Positions 39,068 through 46,062 of a stretch of DNA of 46,062 bases are shown piece after piece (positions within the stretch are counted from its first letter, which is position 1; each line of letters opens with the position of its first letter). This DNA comes from Actinomycetota bacterium. GTDB taxonomy: Bacteria; Actinomycetota; Acidimicrobiia; Acidimicrobiales; VFJN01. The stretch lies in the NCBI GenBank assembly GCA_046744485.1, contig JBKPHE010000045.1, positions 1 to 46,062 of the forward strand. The letters are read 5' to 3'. The notes below the pieces were generated by a model. It saw nothing but the letters and a program-made list of their open reading frames with translations. It made no database searches and had not been told where the DNA came from. The translations under genes were made by a program, and so were the position numbers.

Positions 39068-40423
39068 CTACCCTTCGCCGGTGTTCAGGCTGCCCTCCTC
39101 CTCGGCTTGGCGAATCTCTGCGAGGTTGTTGTCGGGCAGCTCCGCGATCTTGAAGCACTCCTCGAGCTGGACCATCTCGCCGTCCCGGGGCGCGACGGTC
39201 AGGTCGACGTTGTTGGACACGTTGGCGCCGGTCCCGCTCTCGAAGTACCACGGCTGGCACCAGATGTCGCTCACGAAGTTCTTGATGCCCCGGAACGCCT
39301 CGTTGACGCTCTCCTTCGTGATCTCGCCCTCGATCCCCATCAGGGCGTCGGTCGCGACCCGCCCGGCGAGGTAGCCCATCTGGGCGAAGCTCGACAGGTT
39401 GATGTCGGGCGCGTACTGCTCGCGGATCTCGTTCATGTGCTCCTGGTCGGGCGCGCCCGAGTCGAGCACGTTGAACTCGGCGTTGATGAGGAACTTGTCG
39501 TTCCAGTCGGGCCCGAGCGCCTCGGCCACCGACGGGTCGTTGGGCGGGGTCGAGCTGGCCCAGATCACCGAGTCGACCAGGCCCTGCTGCTCGATCGCCT
39601 GGAGCAACGGGACGGCGTTGGGGCCCGTGTAGTCGAGCACGACGCCACCCCCGTCGCCCGCCTCTTGGACGAGGCGCTGGGCGAACCCGGCCGGGTCGGC
39701 GAACGGGGGATCTTCGAGGATGCTGACGCCCTCGAGGCCGTTCTCCTCGGCGAAGTCGACCACGCCCTGGTTGATCTGATCGAAGCCGGGCTGGTTGGGT
39801 GAGGCGACGACCATCCGGCCCTCCGCGCCGGCCCGCAGGGCCGCCTGCGCGCCGCCAAGGCTGGAGTAGTAGGGGCCCATGTTCACCGCGGAGAAGTTCG
39901 GGCTGGTGAAGCAGTCCTGCGACACGCCGGCGATGATCAGGTAGTAGTTCTGCTCGGCGTAGTAGTCGCGGTTGACGCTGCACTCGATGAGGCTCGTGCT
40001 GCCCACGATGCCGAGCACCTGGTCCTGCTCGACGAGCTTGCGGGCCAGTGACGCGATCTGTGTCGGGTCGACCTGCTCCTCCTCGGCGATGTACTCGATC
40101 GGACGACCGTTGATCCCGCCGTTGTCGTTGACGCACTCGAAGTAGGCGGCCGTCATCCCGGTGATCCAGGTGAAGTCGGCGACCGGCGAGTTCGTGGCCA
40201 TCGCGCCGATCTTGATCGGCTCGCCGGTTGCTGCCTCACCCGTCCCGGCCCCGCACTGGCCCGATTCCTGGATGTTGCTGCCGCTCCCGGTTGCCGGCGC
40301 GACCGTCTCCTCCGTCGTATCGGTGTCGCCAGACGCAGTGTCCGCCGAGTCGTCGTCGTCGTCTCCGCACGCCGCGAGCAGCAGGCCGCTGATTGCGACG
40401 ATGGCCAACAGTGACCGTTTCAT
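39068..40423 (-). CDS. ABC transporter substrate-binding lipoprotein (LivJ/LivK-like)
   Basis: ggaggg RBS; 'MKRSLL..LAAC-GDDDDD'; 'ATGEPIKIG', 'VNDNGGINGRPIE'. Confidence 0.88.
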   Translation of the reverse strand: MKRSLLAIVAISGLLLAACGDDDDDSADTASGDTDTTEETVAPATGSGSNIQESGQCGAGTGEAATGEPIKIGAMATNSPVADFTWITGMTAAYFECVNDNGGINGRPIEYIAEEEQVDPTQIASLARKLVEQDQVLGIVGSTSLIECSVNRDYYAEQNYYLIIAGVSQDCFTSPNFSAVNMGPYYSSLGGAQAALRAGAEGRMVVASPNQPGFDQINQGVVDFAEENGLEGVSILEDPPFADPAGFAQRLVQEAGDGGGVVLDYTGPNAVPLLQAIEQQGLVDSVIWASSTPPNDPSVAEALGPDWNDKFLINAEFNVLDSGAPDQEHMNEIREQYAPDINLSSFAQMGYLAGRVATDALMGIEGEITKESVNEAFRGIKNFVSDIWCQPWYFESGTGANVSNNVDLTVAPRDGEMVQLEECFKIAELPDNNLAEIRQAEEEGSLNTGEG

Positions 40424-40524
40424 GGCTCCCCCTCCACCGGTCATTGCCACGGTGCCCGGCCAGGCCGCTCGCACCCCTGCACTACCTGTTCGCTGCCCCG
40501 TCCGCAGGCGTGGCGGGGTAACGG

Positions 40525-40542
40525 TATCAGCTTGCCTGAGAT
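40525..40542. promoter_or_regulatory. Candidate MarR operator TATCAG-CTTGC-CTGAGAT in the divergent promoter
   Basis: Imperfect palindrome TCAG-N5-CTGA upstream of the operon that contains the marR gene; single occurrence. Confidence 0.35.
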
Positions 40543-40647
40543 TGTGAGCCGCTTCCTCCGAAGCGTTCGCTTCCGGCGAACGCGGCGCTTCGTTGCCGGG
40601 CCGCATGCCCGGATACTGAGGTCGAAACCGAAGCCAGGGGGCCTCTC

Positions 40648-42696
40648 ATGCTCGAGCCAAGCCGCGGTCCGGCCACGGGAGGGGTGCTGCTGGTGGGCAG
40701 CGTCCCGCTGCGCAGTGCCGAAGAGGTGTTCCAGGTGATGGCGGCGGAGCTCGGTGACCGGGTCACGCAGCTCCCCGACGGCGAGACCGGTCCCCGTTCG
40801 GACTGGATCGTCTGGCAGTACCCCGTTCTGAGCTCCCGCCCCGAGTTCGAGGTCTGCCCGCCGGGCGACCAACCCCATCGGGCGCTGCCGCGCCTGAGGG
40901 TGCGCGACGGCGAGTCGCTCGACACGTTGCGCTTCGACGACCTGGGCTACGCCGAGGCTGCGATCTCGTCGTACGGCATCTTCGCTCGCCGCAAGCGCGA
41001 CGGGCAGATCCCCCCACACTGCCGGTTCCAGGTCTCGCTGCCCACGCCGCTGGCGCCGATCGCGGCGTTCGTCGCGCCCGAGGACCAGGCCCGCATCGAG
41101 CCGCTCTACGAGGAGCGGATGCTCCACGAGCTGGACGGGATCTTCGACGCCATCCCTCACGACCAGCTTGCGATCCAATGGGACACGAACTTCGAGTTCG
41201 CGATGCTCGACGAGGTCATGCCCGTGTGGTTCGGTGACCCGCGGTCGGGCATCGTCGAGCGGCTGGTCCGCCTTGGTCGCAGCATCCCACCGGGCGTGCA
41301 CCTCGGGTACCACTTCTGTCACGGCCACGAGGCGCACCACCGGGATCGGCCCTATCACGCCCAGCCGCTCGTCGACGTGGCCAACGCGCTGTCCCTCAGC
41401 CTCAGCCGCTCGCTCGACTGGCTCCACCTCCCGGTCGCGGGCGACCGTGTCGACCTCCGGTTCTTCGAGACCCTGGCCCAGCTCGCGCTCCGGCCCGAGA
41501 CGCGGCTGTACCTCGGGTTGCTCCATCCGTCCGACGGTGAGCTGGGCGCCCGGGCCCGGATCGTCGCCGCGCAGCGCTTCGTGCACGACTTCGGCGTGGC
41601 CACCGATTGCGGCTGGGCCCGCCACCGTCCCCAGGACGTGGCGTCGCTGATCGAGCTGCACCGATCGGTGTCGGCTCCGATCCAGCCGGCGACGCATCGC
41701 CCCCGCGCCTTCGCGTGGCCGGCCGGCTGGGAACGCGTGCCCGACGACGACTGGACGCACCAGCCGGTCGACGCGTTCGGCGAGGCCTACGACAACGTCG
41801 ACCACCACACCTGGTACCGGAACCTCGACGCCACGGTCGAGGAGCTGTCCCACCTACTGAACGACGGCGACATCCTCGTCGACTACTCGGGCGGCACCGG
41901 CATCCTGCTCGATCGCCTGAAGCTGCGGATGTTCGATGCCCGCGCCGGCGCGGTGATCGTCGACAGCTCGCCGAAGTTCCTCCGGGTGGCCCTGGAGAAG
42001 TTCCGCGACGACCCCGACGTCGGGCTGCGGCTGCTTCGGTTCCTGAAGCCCGAGAAGCGGCTGCAACGACTCGACGAGGTGCTCGGTCCGGAGCTCCTCG
42101 AGCGCCGGGTCGACGCGATCGTCTCCACCAACGCGATTCACCTCTATCCCGACCTGGCCGACACCGTGGCGTCGTGGCTGCGCGCCCTGCGCCCCGGGGG
42201 CCACGTCCTCATCAACTCCGGCAACATCCGCAACCCGCGTGCCCGCCGCAACGAGTGGATCCTCGACGAGACCGTGTGGGTGGTCGGCGACCTCGCCGAG
42301 GGCCTCGTCCGCAACGATCCCGCGTACGCCAGGTACCGCGCCGACGTCGACAACCAGGAACGCATGGCCGCCCACGCCGCCTACCGCGACCGCGTGTTCC
42401 TCCAGCCCCGCCCCCTGGACTTCTACCTCGAGACCCTGGAGCTCTCGGGCCTCAAGGTCGAGTCGGTACGGGAGGCGAGCATCGAGGCGCGCGTCGACGA
42501 CTGGTACGAGCTGCTCCGCACCTACCACGACGCAGTGCTCGGCTGGGTCGGTGGCACCGAGAAGATCGCCGGTGCGCCGCCGTCGCCCGAGGCGGTCGCC
42601 GACCGGCTCGCGTTGATCCGCCATGCCATGGACGTCCTGTTCCACGGACGGGCGAAGTTCCAGGCCTGCTGGACGTACATCACCTGCGTCAACTAG
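40648..42696 (+). CDS. Fusion: divergent UROD/MetE-like Zn TIM barrel plus class I SAM-dependent methyltransferase
   Basis: N-half 'LVGSVPL', 'PDGETG.R..W', 'RFQVSLPTP', 'IQWD', 'HFCHG', 'ATDCG'; C-half 'VDYSGGTG', 'IVDSSPKFL', 'NAIHLY', 'LRPGG'; one uninterrupted ORF of 682 aa. Confidence 0.8.
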   Translation: MLEPSRGPATGGVLLVGSVPLRSAEEVFQVMAAELGDRVTQLPDGETGPRSDWIVWQYPVLSSRPEFEVCPPGDQPHRALPRLRVRDGESLDTLRFDDLGYAEAAISSYGIFARRKRDGQIPPHCRFQVSLPTPLAPIAAFVAPEDQARIEPLYEERMLHELDGIFDAIPHDQLAIQWDTNFEFAMLDEVMPVWFGDPRSGIVERLVRLGRSIPPGVHLGYHFCHGHEAHHRDRPYHAQPLVDVANALSLSLSRSLDWLHLPVAGDRVDLRFFETLAQLALRPETRLYLGLLHPSDGELGARARIVAAQRFVHDFGVATDCGWARHRPQDVASLIELHRSVSAPIQPATHRPRAFAWPAGWERVPDDDWTHQPVDAFGEAYDNVDHHTWYRNLDATVEELSHLLNDGDILVDYSGGTGILLDRLKLRMFDARAGAVIVDSSPKFLRVALEKFRDDPDVGLRLLRFLKPEKRLQRLDEVLGPELLERRVDAIVSTNAIHLYPDLADTVASWLRALRPGGHVLINSGNIRNPRARRNEWILDETVWVVGDLAEGLVRNDPAYARYRADVDNQERMAAHAAYRDRVFLQPRPLDFYLETLELSGLKVESVREASIEARVDDWYELLRTYHDAVLGWVGGTEKIAGAPPSPEAVADRLALIRHAMDVLFHGRAKFQACWTYITCVN

Positions 42697-42727
42697 AGGT
42701 GACGACACCTCTACCAGGGGGAACCCG

Positions 42728-43882
42728 ATGAAGCGCAGCACCGAACGCATCCTGACCACGCACGCCGGCAGCCTGGCCCGGCCGACCGAGCTGCTCGACA
42801 CGATGAAGGAGCGGGAGAACGGGCGTCCGTACGACGCCGAGCTCCTCGATCGTCAGGTGCGCGACGCCGTGGCCGACCGGGTGCGCCAGCAGGTCGAGAA
42901 CGGCATCGACGTCGTGACCGATGGGGAGATGAGCAAGGTCAGCTTCCTCGGCTACGTGAAGGACCGCCTCGCCGGCTTCGAGCCCGACATGGAGACGACG
43001 CGGATGGCGCCGTCGTGGCAGAAGGAGGTCGACGACTTCCCGGAGTACTACGCGGAGTACTTCAAGAAGTACTCGTCGACCGTCACCCCCCTTCGCCGCA
43101 TCATCTGCCGGGGCCCGATCCGCTACGTCGGCCAAGAGCTGGTGCAGACCGACATCGACAACCTGCGGGCGGCCATCGAGCCGTACGACGTGACGGAGGC
43201 GTTCATCCCGTCGACCGGCCCGAGTGGCTTCGGGGCCAACGAGTACTACCCCAGCCACGAGGAGTACCTCGCGGCCGTGGCCGAGGCCATGCGGGAGGAG
43301 TACCTGGCGATCGTCGACGCCGGGTTCGTCCTCCAGATCGACGATCCGTTCCTGATCGACATGCTGGGCGATCCGACGATGGAGCAGGGCGAACGGGAGC
43401 GCATGGCGTGGGTGCACGTCGAGGCGCTGAACCACGCCTTGCGGGACATCCCCACGGACCGGATCCGCCATCACACCTGCTACGGCCTGAACCACGGCCC
43501 CCGGATGAACGACATCCCGCTCGTCGAGGTCGTGCCCTACATGCTCGCCATCAACGCGGGGGCGCACAGCTTCGAGGTGGCGAATCCCCGCCACTACCAC
43601 GAGTGGCGCATCTGGGAGGACGTGAAGCTCCCCGAGGGCAAGATCCTGATCCCCGGCCTGATCGGGCACGCGACCAACTACGTCGAGCACCCCGAGCTCG
43701 TCGCCGACTACATCGTCAAGTACGCCGGGCTGGTCGGTCGCGAGAACGTGATCGCGGGTTCCGACTGCGGCTTCTCCTCCCGCGCCACCTACTCCCCCGA
43801 GGTGCACCCCACCGTGGTGTGGCCGAAGTTCCGGGCCTTGGCCGAGGGGGCCGCCCTGGCCACCAAGGAGCTGTGGGGCTGA
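42728..43882 (+). CDS. Cobalamin-independent methionine synthase II/epoxyalkane:CoM transferase-like protein
   Basis: 'RILTTHAGSL.RP', 'TDGEMSK', Zn ligands 'HTCYG', 'FEVANPRH', 'SDCGF'. Confidence 0.88.
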   Translation: MKRSTERILTTHAGSLARPTELLDTMKERENGRPYDAELLDRQVRDAVADRVRQQVENGIDVVTDGEMSKVSFLGYVKDRLAGFEPDMETTRMAPSWQKEVDDFPEYYAEYFKKYSSTVTPLRRIICRGPIRYVGQELVQTDIDNLRAAIEPYDVTEAFIPSTGPSGFGANEYYPSHEEYLAAVAEAMREEYLAIVDAGFVLQIDDPFLIDMLGDPTMEQGERERMAWVHVEALNHALRDIPTDRIRHHTCYGLNHGPRMNDIPLVEVVPYMLAINAGAHSFEVANPRHYHEWRIWEDVKLPEGKILIPGLIGHATNYVEHPELVADYIVKYAGLVGRENVIAGSDCGFSSRATYSPEVHPTVVWPKFRALAEGAALATKELWG

Positions 43883-43889
43883 GACGCCG

Positions 43890-44090
43890 TCAGACGGTGA
43901 TGACGACCTTCGCTCGCGCGTGTTCGACCTCGAGGTATCTGATCCCCTCGGGCAGGTTCAACGGGTAGGTCCGGTCCACCACCGGGGCCACCGTCCCGGA
44001 CTCGGCGAGCTCCCTCAGCGCCGCCAGGTTCTGGCGGCTCGGCTTCGCCGTGAGCACGAGCAGCCGATGACGGACGAAGGCCGACATCAC
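43890..44090 (-). pseudogene. C-terminal remnant of an MDR-family NAD(P)-dependent oxidoreductase
   Basis: 'L..LRELAESG.VAPVVDRTYPL..PEGIRYLE..HARAKVVITV*'; no upstream body. Confidence 0.8.
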
Positions 44091-44098
44091 CTGCCCCC

Positions 44099-44272
44099 GA
44101 CGGGGAACTTAAGACGTTCTCGTCGCCGCACCGCTATGTCTGGCCGTCCGAGCTGGACCTCATGGCACGACTCGCCGGAATGACCCTGCGCGAGCGCTGG
44201 AGCGACTGGCACCGAGCGCCCTTCACGAGCGAGAGCCGCAGCCACATCTCCGTGTGGCGGAAGTCGACCTAG
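44099..44272 (+). pseudogene. C-terminal remnant of a class I SAM-dependent methyltransferase
   Basis: Manual translation: DGELKTFSSPHRYVWPSELDLMARLAGMTLRERWSDWHRAPFTSESRSHISVWRKST*; absent from the ORF track; no N-terminus. Confidence 0.78.
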
Positions 44273-44465
44273 AGTTGCGATCCGCGAGCACGGTGTTATG
44301 TGTGCCCGGGTCTACGGGTTCTTCGCGCCATGCGGCTCGCTAAGACCATTGCGAATGTTGTTCTGATCACGCCGGAGCGTTTGGGTCCATCCGACAGCTC
44401 GGTACCGACGGCCTCGTGAGCGTCTACGAGCGAGTGACTGCATGACCGGTGACAACCACCCTCGT

Positions 44466-45766
44466 TCATCCTCCTTCCACGGCCCGTTCGGCGACGATGG
44501 TGGCACGGAGTCGAGCCCGCCAATCTTCCAGGTAGGCCAGTCGTCGACGCAGGTCCGGGTCGACGCTCGGGCCAGACGCGGAGGGTGGGTCTGCGCCGGG
44601 ATGTTGCCAGCGCCAGCGGTTGTGGTATCCACAGCGCAGCTGGCCGTTGTCGACGGTCGTCGTGCCGCCGGCGGTCCAGGCGTGGATGTGGTCGCCCTGG
44701 CAGCTTTCCGCGGGCTGCTCGCAGCTGTGGTGGGTGCAGCGCTGATCGCGAACCTCGAGCACGCGGCGGACGGCGCCGGTGAACCGGCGGGCGCGACCCA
44801 GGTCGATGACGCGGGAGGGCCCGTCGAACACGACCCGTTCGATCAACGCCTCGTCCAGCAGGGAAGCAACCGTGCCGGGGCTGACGACGGTTCCGCCGGC
44901 GAGCTGGCAGATGCGGCCCTTGAACGTCTCGTAGCCCACGAACACGCTGAGCAGCGGCTGGGGGCGCTTGCCATCGGCCGGTGCGGTCGCGGCTCGCCTG
45001 GCCAGTTCCACCAGGGCGTCGTGACGCCGCTGGGCCGGGGTGCGGGTCAGATGGCGCGCGGTGGCGGCGTCGCCGTGTTCGGCGCGGGCCGCGGCCCAGT
45101 CGGCCTCGAACAACTCTTGTTCGATCCGCCGCAACGCTGCATCGACGGTCGCATAGCCCAGCGGGGTCAACGTTCCATCCAAGATCCCGGTGCCCCGCAG
45201 CCCTGGTGACAGGTGAACCCGGCGCAGAGCCTGGTCGTGTTCGGCGTCGCGCTCGACACCGTCGGGGTCGGCGTGCTGGCGCCAGTACTCGGTAGCCCGA
45301 ACGAAATCGGCCCACGACATGGTTCGGGCATGATCGACCAGGAGGGCCTCGTCGCGCTCGAAGTACGCGGCGGTGCGGCCGCCCGCCAGCGAGGCCAACA
45401 CCATGGCATGGCGCAGCGAGATGTCTCCGGCGGAGAAGGCCTCGGCCGTGGCGGGCATGGTGCGCAACCGGCGGCCCAACCACACCTCGCCCCGGGCCTG
45501 ACCGACCGGGAGGCGGCAGCGGTGCGCCACCCACGCCCCACAGGACGGGAACCGTCGTCGGCCCACACCCGGCGAGCGTCCGCCGCCGCGGTCATCCGGG
45601 TCACAACCGCCGCCAGCCGGGCCTGCTGGCGATGCAGCCTGACCACTACCTCCGCCAATTCGGTGTCGCCCAGTGCGTCAGGGTCGAGCTCCAGCAAGCT
45701 GTAGAAGGTGGTGTTCAACGGGGCCGTGATTTCCTCGACGATCTCCTTTCCGGTTGATCCGAACAT
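44466..45766 (-). pseudogene. DUF222 (13E12-repeat-like) HNH endonuclease with a 1-nt frameshift near 45548
   Basis: N-terminus 'MFGS..ARRVWADDGSR' continues in another frame as 'SCGAWVAHRC..RTPAQRRHDAL..RDQRC..C..DHI..GGTT..NGQLRCGYHN'. Confidence 0.85.
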
Positions 45767-45774
45767 GCGTTCGA
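45759..45774. promoter_or_regulatory. LexA SOS box CGAAC-ATGC-GTTCG over the HNH start codon; adjacent -10 TATAGT (minus strand, 45774-45779)
   Basis: Exact actinobacterial consensus CGAAC-N4-GTTCG at 45760-45773. Confidence 0.82.
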
Positions 45775-45896
45775 CTATATCACTCAACGCATGATCGTGC
45801 AGCCACTCATTCGACATTTATCGACCTGCATCAACGGCTCTACGCGCTGATGCGTGGTTGGCGGGGTCGTATTGATGTGACCGGTCGATGTTGCCA

Positions 45897-46062
45897 GAGG
45901 CTGTTGCATAGACCTGCTGTTGGGGGTGCTCGCGTTGGGACCTGGGTGTCGTCATGATCGTTGCGTGGCGTTCAACTTCCGGGCGGTGGATCGCGATCAG
46001 CAGTTCTTGATGCCGCCGAGCATGGCCGAGTGGCTGCCTGAGGATCACCTGGCGTGGTTTGT
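45897..46062 (+). mobile_element. Left end of an IS1182-family insertion sequence (runs off the window)
   Basis: GTG 45965 begins MAFNFRAVDRDQQFLMPPSMAEWLPEDHLAWF (DUF772-type N-terminus); putative left IR GAGGCTGTTGCA at 45897. Confidence 0.8.

Noticed and set aside
40560-40612. Hairpins upstream of the MetE-MTase fusion as a possible SAM riboswitch
   Set aside because: Stems exist (gcgttcgc/gcgaacgc; ccggg/cccgg), but I see no SAM-I/IV core sequences, and a -10-like GATACT lies downstream of them; an Rfam/Infernal search would settle it
45780-45896. Additional IS end or MITE between the HNH gene and the IS1182-like element
   Set aside because: Lower GC and vaguely IR-like, but no partner repeat was found in the window

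Overview
High-GC actinobacterial DNA. The Asp-rich 'ACGDDDDD' lipoproteins, DUF222-HNH gene and CGAAC-N4-GTTCG SOS box suggest Acidimicrobiia-like Actinomycetota (inference). 1-9.6 kb: miscellaneous genes, including a GCS2-type ligase plus M14 deacylase pair and a coupled phnY*-phnZ-EEP phosphoesterase operon. About 9.6-43.9 kb: an aromatic-catabolism island. It carries a complete protocatechuate 4,5-cleavage set (ligAB, C, I, J, K, U) with pobA, boxC-boxB-benzoate-CoA ligase (no boxA in the window), cou-like CoA ligase and hydrolase genes, an aldehyde dehydrogenase, an intradiol dioxygenase, two Liv-type ABC transporters, and GntR and MarR regulators. A tandem 12-bp palindromic operator (ATTGT-N2-ACAAT) recurs at four promoter regions. 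The island also holds three different MetE-like Zn/thiol-activating proteins; one is fused to a class I SAM methyltransferase and is the best candidate for an undescribed system. The right end is decayed or mobile: back-to-back gene remnants, a frameshifted DUF222-HNH gene with a LexA box, and the start of an IS1182-like transposase. All family assignments come from motif recognition by eye; no database search was run.
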